Translations under genes and position numbers: made by a program
The notes under the pieces: generated by a model
Databases searched by the model: none
Told to the model about the DNA's origin: nothing
What the model saw: only the letters and a program-made list of their open reading frames with translations
In this document: positions 36,236 through 49,442 of the stretch, one piece after another
Position numbering within the stretch: position 1 is the first letter of the stretch
How the letters are laid out: each line of letters opens with the position of its first letter
DNA from: Squalus acanthias
Lineage: Eukaryota
NCBI GenBank assembly: GCA_030390025.1
Contig: CM059431.1
Span: 120,034,001 to 120,098,000, forward strand
Length of the DNA: 64,000 nucleotides
Reading direction: 5' to 3'

Positions 36236-36862
36236 GAAGAATCTTCTATCACTCTCCATCAGAAATATAGCTTGATGTCAAGGAATTTAAACAGGAATAG
36301 AAAATAAAAGTTGCATTACAAAGTAAATAAAAGTGCAATGCCTGTACATTTTATGATAATAATGAACTCAAAGGTTCATTTTAATCTCAAGTTTTAGTGC
36401 TCTGACAGAAAACCGTTCCCGCTGTGGTAAAATGCACGATATATGTACACCACCGTGGTCAATTTTGCCTTAGTAAACAACTTACAAATTTTGACATTAA
36501 TATCCTTCATTTAAATTCAGTATTTTTTTTAATAAATTGAGCTCATATTGCCAGTGTACTATCTGTAATGAAATATTAAGTTGTGCATTTGCATTTTTGT
36601 TGGCACTCATTAATTCAGATAAACCAGTGCTTAAACACATTTGTCACACGGATTCCTCATTATTTTCCCACAGGCAGAAACTTATTTAAGATGCTTTTTC
36701 CACTCCATCAAGGTCAGTATAATTTACACGGCATGATAGATTTATATTACCAACCATTATTTGTGTTTTAAACAAATATTTTGAGTCTTAATTTATACTC
36801 AACCTAATGAGGAAAACAGATGCTAAGCATAACTCTTGGACTGCCAGCAGCTCCAGAAAATT

Positions 36863-36985
36863 ACATAGGAACAGGAGTAGGCAGTTCAGCCTCTAGAGCC
36901 TGTTCTGCCATTCAATAAGATTGTGGCTGATCTGTACCTCAACTTCATTTACCCGCCTTTTCTCCATATCCCTTGATATCCCTAT
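36863..36985 (-). mobile_element. CR1 (or CR1-tailed SINE) 3'-end fragment
   Basis: acataggaacaggagtagg...ccattcaataagat matches other CR1 3' UTRs in the window. Confidence 0.7.
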
Positions 36986-38400
36986 ATTGTGTGTAGACTT
37001 GATTTCCTCTGCTTTCAACTGCCTGCAGCCCTCATTTATCAACCGAAAGCAAGCCTGAACAAGTTTTGACCTTGAGGAAATCAACAAGTCAGCAGTTAAT
37101 CTGCTGCACTTTCCCTTCAAGGCAGCGTGAGCAACAAACAAGATCCAGCATGCGCTCTGATTTTGGTCAGTCTGGCAATCATGACCCAGAGGGCCTTGCT
37201 TGATTGGTGTTTCGTTACAACCGATCTGTTCCTCGATAGGCTAGCAATCCCAAATTAGTCTACCTGTAATTTTGTTTTGATTGCATTGGTTTCACATCAG
37301 TTATTCTTCCTTTGCTGCACATACTTTAACCCATTATGCTATTTTACGAAGTAGTCGCCCTGCTAATTCAGGATTTCAAGTTCATGCTTTCATCCATCTC
37401 ACAGTTCCCAGGAGTGCGCCACTCTGACAGTTCCCACTTCATAGGCCTTATATAGTCCTCCTTAAGAGCAAGCACCAAAAAGTCCATTTCAAAAAGCTCA
37501 AAATTCTTCAAAACATTTACATTTTTAATGTTTAAGAGACAGTTCTGCCCTTGCTGTACCCAAACAAGCTCAGTGCTTCGCTTGCTCTCTCCACTCTCCA
37601 TCCCCATTCTTCGGTGCACCCGGGATGTGCCCATAGTGGTGCAAGTTGTTAGAAACTAGGGGTGCCTAAAAATGTATATGGCTATACGAATAATACTGTG
37701 TTTAAATGATAAGTTTTGTTTTCCTGGAAAGCTTGCATTGGAATTTGAGACAGTCTTTTTAATCAGTTAGATAAGGTGAAGCATAAATATTCAACACAGG
37801 GGCCCATAGGATGGCCCTGCCAGGCTAGTTATCTGTTGTTTGTAAGTTAGGGTTTTGACTTTGTTAATGTATCTTTAATTTGGCCAGTGAAGGCCCAACC
37901 TATGTTTCTTCCATTATTACTAATAACCATATTATAATCTCTACAGATAGAATTTGGAGTTTGCTTAACAGAACTGCTTGAGAAGATAATTAGAAGTTAA
38001 TTAGGAAAAGGCATAAAATGAAAGGAATTTGAGGAGGCCAAGTTATCCATATTAGAATGGGCCATTTGCTAGATGAAGGTGAGGTAGCGACTGGCTAACG
38101 TGCGACAGCTCTGGCTGGGGCCATGATTAAGAGGGACAGGGCCAGGCCTTGTACTTGTTGGGTTAAGGAGGATAGAGTCAAGAGAGATAAGACGAATTCC
38201 AATGGAGGAACCTTCAAAATGTAAAAACACGAAAGATAAATTGGATGAGATAATGAGACCCCCTTTTGGGGAGGGCTTTCATTCAAGAATTGAGACAAAG
38301 AACTCGACGCCCCATTGGTTGATGAGGTTTTAGAGGAACCTCTATCGGTTAAATGGTCTTGTCAATAACTTGGCCTCAGGCCCACCCCTAAAAAGATAAT

Positions 38401-39166
38401 GGCCCGAAAATTAAACCTAATACGCGAGAGTACGCACTGTGTACTCTCGCGTAATAGATCCCGAATTGCCGGCTTCCTGCATGCACTGCGCATGTGCGGG
38501 AAACCGGCACTTCGTGAATTGCAAAGGGGTTGGTTCCTAAGTGAACCGCGTGTGCGCTACAGGTTGTGCGCACGCAGTACACTTAGTTTTTTTTTCAGCT
38601 TTGAACGCGCAGGTAAGTGGTGAAGATTTTACACACAAAGAAAGCAGGCGTAGGACCCCCTTTTAACAAGGTAAGTAGTTAATTAAGTGTTATTTAAACA
38701 TTTTTTCAACAGGTTTATCTTTTTTAGAGACTTTAAAGAAAGGTAAGTTTATTTTTATAACTTTTAAAAAGATTTTTAAATTTTTTCAAAAATGTAATTT
38801 TTTGTTTAAAGTGGTTAATTTATTTAACTATAGTTATTTTATTAATGTGATGGCTTTTTTTTTAAATTTAATTGAGGTTTAGCTGTTCTTTTGGGGGTTT
38901 GTAGTATTCATAGCTTTGACAGCTCTTGCCGTCAAAACTATGAATGAAAGATGGTGTGCTGCCATTGGCTCTAACTGAATCACGTGATCCCAGAGCTCGC
39001 ACAAACTAATTGCGCCTCTGGGATATGCACACACTGCGCGGTTGCAACAGGGAGAGGCTTTGAAACTAAAGTTCGTGTGGGCCCGGAGCAAAAAGGTAGG
39101 CGTGGAGTGCAATATCGCGGGGAATCCTTACCCCCGCGGGAACCATCCATGTTTAATTTCTGGGCC
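38401..39166. mobile_element. MITE family A copy 2 (diverged)
   Basis: TIR ggcccgaaaattaaac / gtttaatttctgggcc; flanks AAT/ATT; colinear with 46376-47119. Confidence 0.88.
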
Positions 39167-40489
39167 ATTAAAAGTGACACCACAAGGGCTTGCCCACACA
39201 GACAGTGGAGGGGAGAGCTGAACAGAAGTTGCAAAGAGAAGTTGGGCTGGTCGAACACTCTTTTGAGAGTGATCCCTCGATCACCATCGAAGGCCCGAGA
39301 GAGAGAGAGAGAGAGATAGGCTGGAAGCCAGAGAACTGTTCATGCACGCCAGCCGTCTGTCCGATCGGGTCCAGTACCAGCTGTTTGTCATGGTCGTATG
39401 TTTTTGCTGTATTATTAGTGTGTTATATTCCGTCCTAAACTCCGATTAAACACAATATTGGTTTGCACTTGATCCTGTTTACCAGAGATACGCGAATCTC
39501 TACAAAGTGCCCAAGTGCAAGATGTTAATTAAGGAACCTTACCCTGACCATGGATAATCCAGTATGATCAGCAGTGGACGTTCCCCGCAGGCAGATTCCA
39601 GCACTAATGCTGGGGTCAAAGATCCATGGATTCCCATGCTTTTAAAGATTCCAAAGAGAAAGTTTAAAGCCTTCAGCCTGGATTTTCTGATTAAGTCTGC
39701 TAAGCATACCTCAGTAGTTCTGTGATGTTGGACCTGTGACCACTTTTCTGATTTTCCAATGTTACATAAGGCAGCCACGGCCAAAATGACATCATGCACC
39801 CCATTTTCCATCAATTCCATCTGATTGCACTGTTTCATCTTCTCGCCTGTATCAAGCAGAAGTCCAGGATTGTTGAACACTAGCAAGAAGATGGAAGAGA
39901 GTTTAAAGAGCATCAAAGTTCATAGCATCAGCTTAAGCTTATTTCTGAGTTATTTTTGGATAGGGTTTATGTTGTTAATTTTTACTGTCATTGACAACTT
40001 TGACATCTGCCTTTGGGCCATTTGATGAGCAGCGACCATTTCAACGCACCTCACCCCCCCCCTTCCCCACCACACAATCATTTTATTTAGTGGTCAATAG
40101 TGTTCCTATTGGGAATTCCCCTGTATCTTTGCATTTTCGATGAAGAAGGGGGGCAGTCGAGGGATGTCGGAATGGTCACCAGAGGTGCACAGACCGATCC
40201 ACTGGGATCCTCACGCCACGATCGACAGGCAGAGGCATACGCACCTGCATCTATCAGAGAAGCCTTGCTTCAGAAAGGAAACTGTCACAGAATTGCACCA
40301 CATGTTCCAAGTGGACCGAAAGCCTACATCCACCAGAGGTAACAACAGAAAATGCTGCAAACACTCAGCAGGCCAGGCAGCATCCGCGGAGAGAGAAACA
40401 GAGTTAACGTTTCAGGTCTGTGACCCTTCTGTTGTTATTTCAGATTTCCAGCATCCGCAGTATTTTGCTATTGTATCCACCAGAGGTGT

Positions 40490-41460
40490 TGTGCTGTCAG
40501 TGGCTGTTAAAGTCACAACTACCCTTAACCTTTCTGTTCATCTGGTCATTGCAGGCTGTCACGAGAGGCATCAGTAACATTAGCCAATCAGTTGCATAGA
40601 TGCATAAATGAAGTCTCAGATGCATTGCCAGCACAAGACATAAACCTCAATTCCCTTCACCATGGGCAATCAGCGGCAGCATGCGAGGGCAATGCCCGAA
40701 AGTCCAAGTACTCACAGATTGCACTTACAGGGAAGAACTTTCAACTTCGATGGGTGTGTAGAACAAGTGATATCAGATCGGCAGCCCATTAAACATCCGC
40801 CTGATTTTGCTTTACATTGACTTCAATTGGGTGGGCTGTACAACCGGCGGCCAGTCCGATCCGATGTTGCCTGTTTTACACCCTCATCAAAGTTGAAAGT
40901 TCCGGTGCTGCAGCCTTACCTGTTCCCTTACTTAATAAAGCCACCTATAGCAAGAGGAAAGGATTGCAGTCTCACAATTTGTTTCTGACCAGCAGCACTA
41001 CATTATAGAAATGAATTCTCACTTCCCCAGGAGTTGTCACATTAATGCCTTAATTTTAAGATGTTCCACTGTGCCACCACTCTTTGACCTGGGAAGACAG
41101 ATCTCTGGGAGATTAAGCTTTTCTCTGGAACCAAGACTCTTTGCACCCGTGCAGTATCCCAGCTCATATAATGAGGTTAATTCATGCAGCAAGTCATAAC
41201 TGAGTGCACCATTCATAGTTCGAAAGCACACTTCAAAAGGCTGGAACATCCCAGAGAACACTGTAGTCTAGTCCAACTAGAGTTTTAAGGATCATAGTTG
41301 TCTGTTGCATGCTACACAATTGTGCCTTACAAAGAGGCCTTATTATGGAGATCCTGGAGAAGAAAGAGTTCCACAGGTAGCAAAGCTATCAGCAAAAGAA
41401 GCCTGAAAAGGATGCAGGGGCAACATTGCAAACTGCAAGAAGAAATTGTGCTACTCTCAT
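40490..41460 (+). pseudogene. Highly degraded Harbinger transposase remnant
   Basis: LSVAVKVTTTLN, HRCINEVSDAL and FPRSCH fragments. Confidence 0.55.
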
Positions 41461-42051
41461 ACAGGAGGGCCTTCTCATGCCTTCCAAATCTGGTCAAAGA
41501 CTTCCTTCCAGATGAGAAAGAAATTCAACAGCTTTAAGACATGTGCCGAGGTAAATGACTGCTGTTCATATCTCTTACCAGTGCTCCAAAATGGCGTACT
41601 TATAACACACACACAGGGCCCAAAATTCCAGGAGTCCCGCTGTACCGGCAGAAAGTTCAGCAGAATGGAACTCCTGGCCTCCCAGACACTAGGATGCAGA
41701 CCCCATCCCCATCCCAAATCCCAGAGATAGGATCATCTGCAGGACCAGGTGGGCTAATGGCACCTGCAGGGGCACATCAGTGACACATGCCGCAGCCGAG
41801 ATCCAGAAAATTAGAGCAACACCATGCTTCTCTGAGGTCAGACGAAAGGCCCAGGAAGGGCCCAATGAAAATGATAATTTATTTTCTCCTTGGCTGTCAA
41901 TGGAGTCAGCAGTACTTCTGATTGATCCCCTCTAAGATTGATTACCTTTGTCTGCTGAAAATGTGTGTTCTTTCTTGGGGCCGACGTGGGACTCGTATCC
42001 GCTCTTAGCAGAAGAGACTTCTTCACTTTTTCAGTGTGGCTGGAATCCTAA

Positions 42052-42165
42052 ATGTGCAAGGAAGGCTTCATCATTGGAACCCATGTGGCCATACAGGCTC
42101 CTTTCGACTTAAACAGTGAAGATTTCCATTCTATCAACATTCAGGTTGTATGTGACCAGAGGAAT
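42052..42165 (+). pseudogene. Harbinger transposase fragment
   Basis: GFIIGTHVAIQAP...FHSINIQVVCD. Confidence 0.65.
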
Positions 42166-42169
42166 TGCC

Positions 42170-42932
42170 TTTTTAAAATTTGTTTATGGGATGTGGGCAT
42201 CGCTGGCAAGGCCAGCATTTATTGCCCATCCCTAATTGCCCTTGAGAAGGTAGTGGTGAGCCACCTTCTTGAATCGCTGCAGTCCATGTGGTGAAGGTAC
42301 TCCCACATTGCTGTTAGGTAGGGAGTTCCAGGATTTTGACCCAGCGACGATGAAGGATCGGCAATATACTTCTAAGTCAGGATGGTGTGTGACTTGGAGG
42401 GGAACATGGAGGTGGTGGTGTTCCCATCTGCCTGCTGCCCTTGTTCTTCTAGGTGGAAGAGGTCGTGGGTTTGGCAGGTGCTGCCGAAGAAGCCTTGGCG
42501 AATTGCTGCAGTGCATCTTGTAGATGGTACACACTGCAGCCACAGTACGCCGGTGGTGGAGGGAGTGAATGTATAAGGTGGTCGATGAGGTGTCAATCAA
42601 GCGGGATGCTTTGTCCTGGATGGTGTTGAGCTTCTTGAGTGTTGTTGGAGCTGCACTCATCCAGGCAAGTGGAGAGTATTCCATCATACTCCTTACTTGT
42701 GCCTTGTAGATGGTGGAAAGGCTTTGGGGAGTCAGGAGGTGAGACACTCACCGCAGAATACCCAGCCTCTGACCTGCTCTTGTTTCCACGGTATTTATGT
42801 GCCTGGTCCAGTTAAGTTTCTGGTCAATAATGACCCCCAGGATGTTGATGGTGGGAGATTCGGCAATGGTAATGGCGTTGAATTTCAAGGGAGACATTGT
42901 TAGACTCTCGCTTGTTGGAGATAGTCATTGCC
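42170..42932 (-). mobile_element. Non-LTR retrotransposon 3' fragment, distinct from the main CR1 family (clade uncertain)
   Basis: ORF 42232..42747 LSTIYKAQVRSMMEYSPLAW...IQDKASRLI...SKSWNSLP. Confidence 0.8.
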
Positions 42933-44984
42933 TCGTGCATGTAGAAGCCAGTCAACCTGGAAGATGCCACTGTGCATTTATTCTATCCCTTCTTGTGCTG
43001 CCATCCCTCTACTGTTGGGCACCGGCTCACTATGGCCACTGCTCTGTGGGAAGCAGATCTAATGGTTCCCATGAGGCTAGTGAAGCCTGTGAGATGCTTG
43101 TTTGCTGCTTAGCTGCAACCTATTGGAGGGTGGAAGAAATAGTCCTCTTCAATCTGGCACTCCAGGATTCTATAGGAGCAGTTTGAGCATCCATGAAAGG
43201 AGCATGGACTGTCTTAGGGCCATTATCATGTGGTTTCTACTGCAGATATCTTTGACGCTGCCATGTGCGCCATAGTGGACTGCAAGGCTTTGAATCTTTG
43301 CTCCAATGTCATGCACATGCTCCTAGTAATCTCCTCCATCAATGCTGCTGCCTGCTCTGCAGGCATATTTATTCTAAAAACAGGACTCATGACATCCAGG
43401 TCCATCAGCTGAGAGACTATACAACCTGAACCTCTGGCCAGCAATATCTTCCTCCTCATTTTCCATGAGCAACTTCTCCTGCTCACTTGTCATCCATGTG
43501 TCACTCATGCACTTCCTTCTTGCTCATTGACTAGTTCCCCCAGGGCGGATGCCTCTTAGGTGATGCTTGAGAGGGATAGAGTGAGTGTGAGTGAGTGAGT
43601 GAGTATAATGTAAAGTGCTACAAGATCGGATGTACTGCAAGTGCGTATTCTTCGTCAGGCATATCTAGAGCAGAATTCACATGTAACTTATTATACAGGA
43701 GTGAAATGAAAGTTTTGTGATATGATTAGCTGACAGTTAGGAGTAGAAATTGGTATGCATGTGCCTGATTTATGGGTGCAAAATCAGGGTTAGGAGGACC
43801 AATTTGGAGTTGGTATCCTGCGCCCGATTTCCCCAGAGGTATGCCAGCTGCCAAAACTTCTAATACGTTTGCCTGAAAGTTAGTTTAAGAGATCAGTTTT
43901 CCAGCTGAATGGAAAATAAAATATTAAAATCTGACCTGGTTATATCACTGGTGGTTCCAGATCAAAGTCTGATTTATTTTTCAGAATATTCCTCACAAGC
44001 AACCCAATGAGATAACTTGCTGGGAGCCAAGGAGAAGAGGCGCACTGAAACAAATTATCTCATTAGCTACAGCCCAAGGATTAACAAGGTCATGTCTGAA
44101 ACAATAATGGTGAAGGCAACTCATTGTCATTGTGGTTTTATTAGAACCTGTTAGCTTGCTGCCCTTTGTCAACATTCCGCTTTCCTTTTGTAATCTTGTT
44201 TTATTCTGAAGTGCTGTGTGCTTTGTCAAATTGTGCAAGTGAGGAGTGGGTAGTTATACCTGTGACACATTCTACAATGAAAGGAGTGACAGAGCACACA
44301 CATCCTTGCATGCAGGAAGTGTGTTTTAACACAAATTACTCTATTGTTCTACTTGCTGTTAATTGAAAAGAATAACAGTCAACCAATTTACACAAAGACA
44401 TAAATCTAGGGGAGATTTCAATTTACTGAATTACCTCAGTGTGGGCTGGCCCATTCCAAAGTCAAAACATAGTGACCGAAAATCCGCAGCCCTTCTGCCT
44501 TAACTCCCGGAGGAATGTGCTGGAAGGATTAGAAATTAGGCTGGGATCCTGATATGCTGCAATTTGTGGCTTCTTTGTTAGGCAGACCCCTGAGGTGTGC
44601 CCTAGTGGCGCGGGCACCTGTCATTGACATTCTAATCAGGGGACCATCCCTGACCCAGCCAACATTGGCACGGTTAGCGATGGAGTTCCAAGTGGGGATA
44701 TGCAGGCATTTATGACTAGGATGCATTCCCTTCACCCTGGATTTTTTTTGGCCCCTAAATTGTAACAACAATCTTTTATCATTGTTCCTTTAAAGTAAGA
44801 TGATCTACCTTAAAGAGAGCCTGTACCTCACTTCATTAAAGTGAGATGGATGAGCACTTCTTTCAGAGAGGGTCAAGATGTGCCCATGGATGACACTTCA
44901 GTGGAGTACTGAAGGAATACTGTACTGTTGGAGGTGGCGTCTTTTAGATGAGATGTTATAGCTTTATAATCAACTTAATACAGA

Positions 44985-45635
44985 TCAAAGTCATGGTCCA
45001 GTCTATACCTGATTGCAATCAATAACGTACCATTTAAGGTCACCGACCAATTCTGCTACCTCAGCAGCATTCTCTTACGACGACGACGACAGCACTGACT
45101 GGTTTGGGAGGGCCAGCTTCACCTTTGACAAAATAAAGCAGAGAATCTGGCAGGAACAAGAGGTTAGTCTGCCAACAAAAGTCGCTATATCCCAAGCTGT
45201 TGTCCTCACCACCCTACTGTAAGGTTCGGAGTCATGGGTCTGCTATTGCTGTCACATCAAGCAACTTGACCATTTCTACTTGCGCTGTCTACAATGTATG
45301 GCTCGCATCAAGTGGCAGAACAGGGTGCCTAACACTGATGTCCTCAAGTGCAGAAATATAACTGGAAGTTAGGCCAAATCAAAATGGTCCAGTTGCGTTG
45401 ATCCGGACATGCAATTTGTAGGCCTGATTATAGAATTCCCAAAGCCGTCCTTTACAGCGAGCTGCAGTCCAGAGGTAGTAACAGAGGTGGGAAAATGAAA
45501 CACACTAAAGGTCACCTTGAAAACTTGCAACATTAACCCAACACCTGAGAAGATACTGCCACGATGGCAGTATGTCTGCTGGGTTGGTTTGCATGAATTT
45601 GAGGCTGCGAGGATGCGAGATCTGGGTGCCAAGCG
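44985..45635 (+). mobile_element. RTE-clade LINE fragment, degraded
   Basis: ASFTFDKIKQRIWQ...TKVAISQAVVLTTLL*GSESW...LRCL...IKWQNRVPNTDVL. Confidence 0.75.
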
Positions 45636-45639
45636 CCTG

Positions 45640-46068
45640 ACACCGGACGTTTCAAAGCGCTTTGCAGTCAATGAAGTACTTTTGAAGTGTAGTCATGGTT
45701 GTAATGTGGGAAAAGCGGTGCCAATTTGCGCACAGCAAGGTCCCACAAGCAGCAATGTGATATAATGACCAGATAATCTGTTTTTTTTGTTATGTTGGTT
45801 GAGGAATAAATATTGGCCAGGACACCGGGGATAACTCCCCTCCTCTTCTTCGAAATAGTGCCATGGGATCTTTTACGTCCACCTGAGAGAGCAGGTTTAA
45901 CATCTCTCATCTCATCTGAAAGACGGCACCTCTGACAGTGCAGCACTCCCTCAGCACTGCACTGGAGTGTCAGCCTAGCTTTATGTGCTCAAGTCCCTGA
46001 AGTGCGACTTGAACCCACAACCTTCTGACTCAGAGGCGAGTGTGCTACCAACTGAGCCACAGCTGACA
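45640..46068 (-). mobile_element. tRNA-headed DeuSINE (SacSINE1-like)
   Basis: On -: A box TGGCTCAGTTGG, B box GGTTCAAGTC, core GAGGTGCCGTCTTTCAGATGAG. Confidence 0.85.
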
Positions 46069-46375
46069 CTCAAAGCAACTCATCTAGCCGCATCATCTTG
46101 CTTTCCACGTGATATACGCAGATGTATATGTGCATCCAAGATCAGCCTGTTCTCCCAACAACTGAGTCACATTTGTCGATTTAACGGGACACTCCAATAA
46201 AGCTTGGGACGGAGAGAGGGGAACTGTGCAAAATATGCAAATCTTTGAAGTTATACCTGCAAGTGTCAACAAATTGTGCTGAGCATGCCAAGTAAGGCAA
46301 CTCGATCCACTTTGACTATTCATAGCATCCTAGTCATAATGCTTGATTAGTTACAGCTCATGTGAAATATTCAAT

Positions 46376-47119
46376 GGGCCGAAAATTGATCCCGGGACGC
46401 GAGAGTACGCACTGCATACTCTCGCGTATTCCCACTCCAATTGCCGGTTTTCTGCATGCCCTGCGCATGCGCTGAAAACCGGCAATTGCTCTTCCGAAAA
46501 GGGGGCGGGGCCTGGGTGCATCGCGTGCGCGCTACAGGCTGCGCGCACGCTGTGCACTTCATGCTTTGGACGCGCAGGTAAGTAGGGAAGATTTTGGAAA
46601 TGTAAAAAGGAGGAGTAAGACCCGCTTTTAAGAAGGTAAGTAGTGAATTAAGTATTTTTTTGAATTTTTTTTTACAGGTATATCTTTTTTATAGACTTTA
46701 AAGACAGGTAAGTTTATTTTTATAACTTTTTAAAAGATTTTAAATTTTTTCAAAAATTTAATTTTTTATTTAAAATGGTTAATTTAATTAACTATACTTA
46801 TTTTATTAATGTGATGGTTTTTTTTTTTAATTTAATTGAGGTTTAGCTGTTATTTTGGGGGGGTGTAAGATTCATAAGTCTCACAGCCATGCTGTGAGAC
46901 TTATGAATGGAAGATGGTGTGCTGCCATTGGCTCTAACTGAGTCACGTGATCCCACAGCTCGCACGAATTCACTACGCCGCTGGGATACGCAAGCCCAGC
47001 ACAGCTGATGTCTGGAACATCAAGTTTGTGCGAGCTGGATCAGAAAAAGCATAAGCGAGGTGAGACATCGCGGGGAAGGCTTACCCCCGCGGGAACAGAG
47101 CGAGATCAATTTCTGGGCC
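46376..47119. mobile_element. MITE family A copy 3 (744 bp)
   Basis: TIR gggccgaaaattgatc / gatcaatttctgggcc; TSD AAT. Confidence 0.9.
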
Positions 47120-49029
47120 AATATATAAATGAGAAGTAAGTTATGTGAATATCACAGCATTGAAGGCGCAGTTCTAAATGTGGGAACATAACTTCCCAAG
47201 CCTGAGGGAATTGTTTTGTTTAACATCCAAGGCAGCCAAGACAGAACACAGAACCACCATGGAGTCCTGTTGTAAAGAACACTGCACAAATAGACTAACA
47301 CAAAAATACGGTTTGTATGGAAAGTGTCACAAATGTAACCAGTGCAGTCCTAAAAAAGAGATAAAAACTTGGAATATATATGCCCTGAATCTCAAAATAG
47401 ATTGATTAAAAATTTCTGAGATGGATTTGAGAGAAAAATTTCCATCACTAAATAATCTCGCAGTCACAAAGGTTTTGAAAATTGGGACTGCTACAGCTAA
47501 TGATTTCAGCAGATTCTTTATTAACACAACTTTAAAGGCATTCTGAACAATCTGCTTCAGCCTGCCTTAAAAGTTCAGTTGGAACCTAGAATAAGCAGGA
47601 ACACTCCGAAGAGTAATTAATGTTTCACCTACAGGGAGAACAAAAAGGCTATCAAGCATACTACATTCACATTTTTGGGGGGATGGGGAGGGATGGAGGA
47701 GGAAGGTTCCATCCTTTACAAGATAAAGAAAGATCTTCTGGAAATGGTGGTGACCTGGCACAATTGGGTCTCCGCCATATTCCTGGGGATTCCGCCAATT
47801 TCCTGCTGGAGTTATGATGGGAGATCGGCAGGACACCTGAGGAATTTCAGCCTCTTCGTACACAATGCTTACTCAGCCTCTAAACTAACACATCCTGAAC
47901 ATCTCCTTCATTGAGATCACTTGGATCATAGTCATTCATTCCAAACAAAATTGACATTGTCCTGACGTGACAGTAAATGACACTAGCATGTGCCAACGTA
48001 CTTCGCGGGCCCACAAATTTTGATGCACACCAGGAATGTGCAAGATACATCACCATGTGTTAGTACTCAGAAAATCTACCCTTATGTGGACATCTTTGCG
48101 AGGGTACACCTGGACTACTGCATCAACTGAATGTGCAGCTGAGGAAATATGTATAAAAGGTCATGCATGTGCCCATAGATTACAACTTATCAGGACAAAC
48201 AATATTAAGCTTACCTATCATAGTATGTAATAGTTGTGCCAATAACTCTGACAAAAGGAGACTAACTGTACTTCAATGATCAACATCTGTGGCAGCTGCA
48301 AAACTCTGTTTTCACCTCATCAGCTTGATTGACCACTTCCTTCACATCTGTCATTTCCTTTTAACAGGTGAATACTAATATACTAATAGAATATACTGTT
48401 ACATGTTTCCCAATTAGCAATATGGAACAAAGGAATAACAGGATTTCCTTGGGCTATGTCGTGATTTACCCTGCTGAAAATTAAACATCTGATTGGCAGT
48501 TTTATTATGCCAATTATGAACTCTTTAGGTATCCTTGTGACTGTGTATGTTCCATTATAGCTCCTTGTGGACTTGTCACTGGATTCATGAGCCACAGCTT
48601 TAAATGAGAGTGTTGATTACTTGTGAAAGTGGGAATTATATTAGGTAAAAAGTAAGAATACACTGGCATCCAGAGATTGGTTTCTTGCCCAATATACTTA
48701 ACTTAGCAGCCAAGTGGGTTCTTAGCAGCAACAATTGATGGATATATGGGTCATTTGATTTCCTTTGAGACATTGGGGAATTCAGAATTAGCCAAAAGGC
48801 CTCTTTGTTTCTCTGTGACTGAAGCAGAGATTTTGGGCAGCTGATATATTGGATTCCCTTCCTCATTTTAAACAGTGCTGTCCAGCTCAATCCCACAATT
48901 GCACCTTTCAGCTGGAATCTAAAAGATGCTGGTAGCATAGAAGGTAAGAACAATGATCACCTTTATATGTTAGCCTTGCCTTGCCTATTATCCTGCAACA
49001 GGCAACCATCGCCCACTATTGTACCCTTC

Positions 49030-49420
49030 CAGGAACGTTAGAGAACGCCTGCTTGGAGACAAGGTCTACCCACACCACACATGGTTGATGACACCCCTCT
49101 GCAACCCCACCATGTCTGAGCAGCCTAGGTATATCCAGAGCCAGAGAACTACTAGGATCATCTGGATGTAGAGGTTCAGGTGCCTGGATAGGTGCCTGAG
49201 GGCTCCCTACAATATGCTCCAGAGAAAGTCTCCTACATCATTATGCTGCATGTTGTACAACATAGCAATCCAAAGAAGATTGCATTTGAAGGAGGCAGAG
49301 CAACAGCAACTGTCATCATTTGATGAAGAAGAGTTGGGTGAAGGCGAGGAAGAAGCAGAAGAAGGAGGACCAACACAATGCCATGCAGCCAGGAATGCCA
49401 GGGATCAGTTGATAGCATAA
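49030..49420 (+). pseudogene. Harbinger transposase C-terminal remnant
   Basis: [35 protein letters not shown], acidic tail. Confidence 0.75.
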
Positions 49421-49442
49421 TGCTCAAACCCCTCCACTCAAA

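Noticed and set aside
39539..39916. 125-aa minus-strand ORF with possible splice sites
   Set aside because: No recognisable domain or supporting neighbouring exons; cannot be supported without a homology search
46000..46062. tRNA gene
   Set aside because: A/B boxes are the head of a SINE and run directly into the Deu core
47004..47025. Hammerhead ribozyme (ctgatg in a multibranch fold)
   Set aside because: Lacks CUGANGA and GAAA core; not conserved in the 38401 copy
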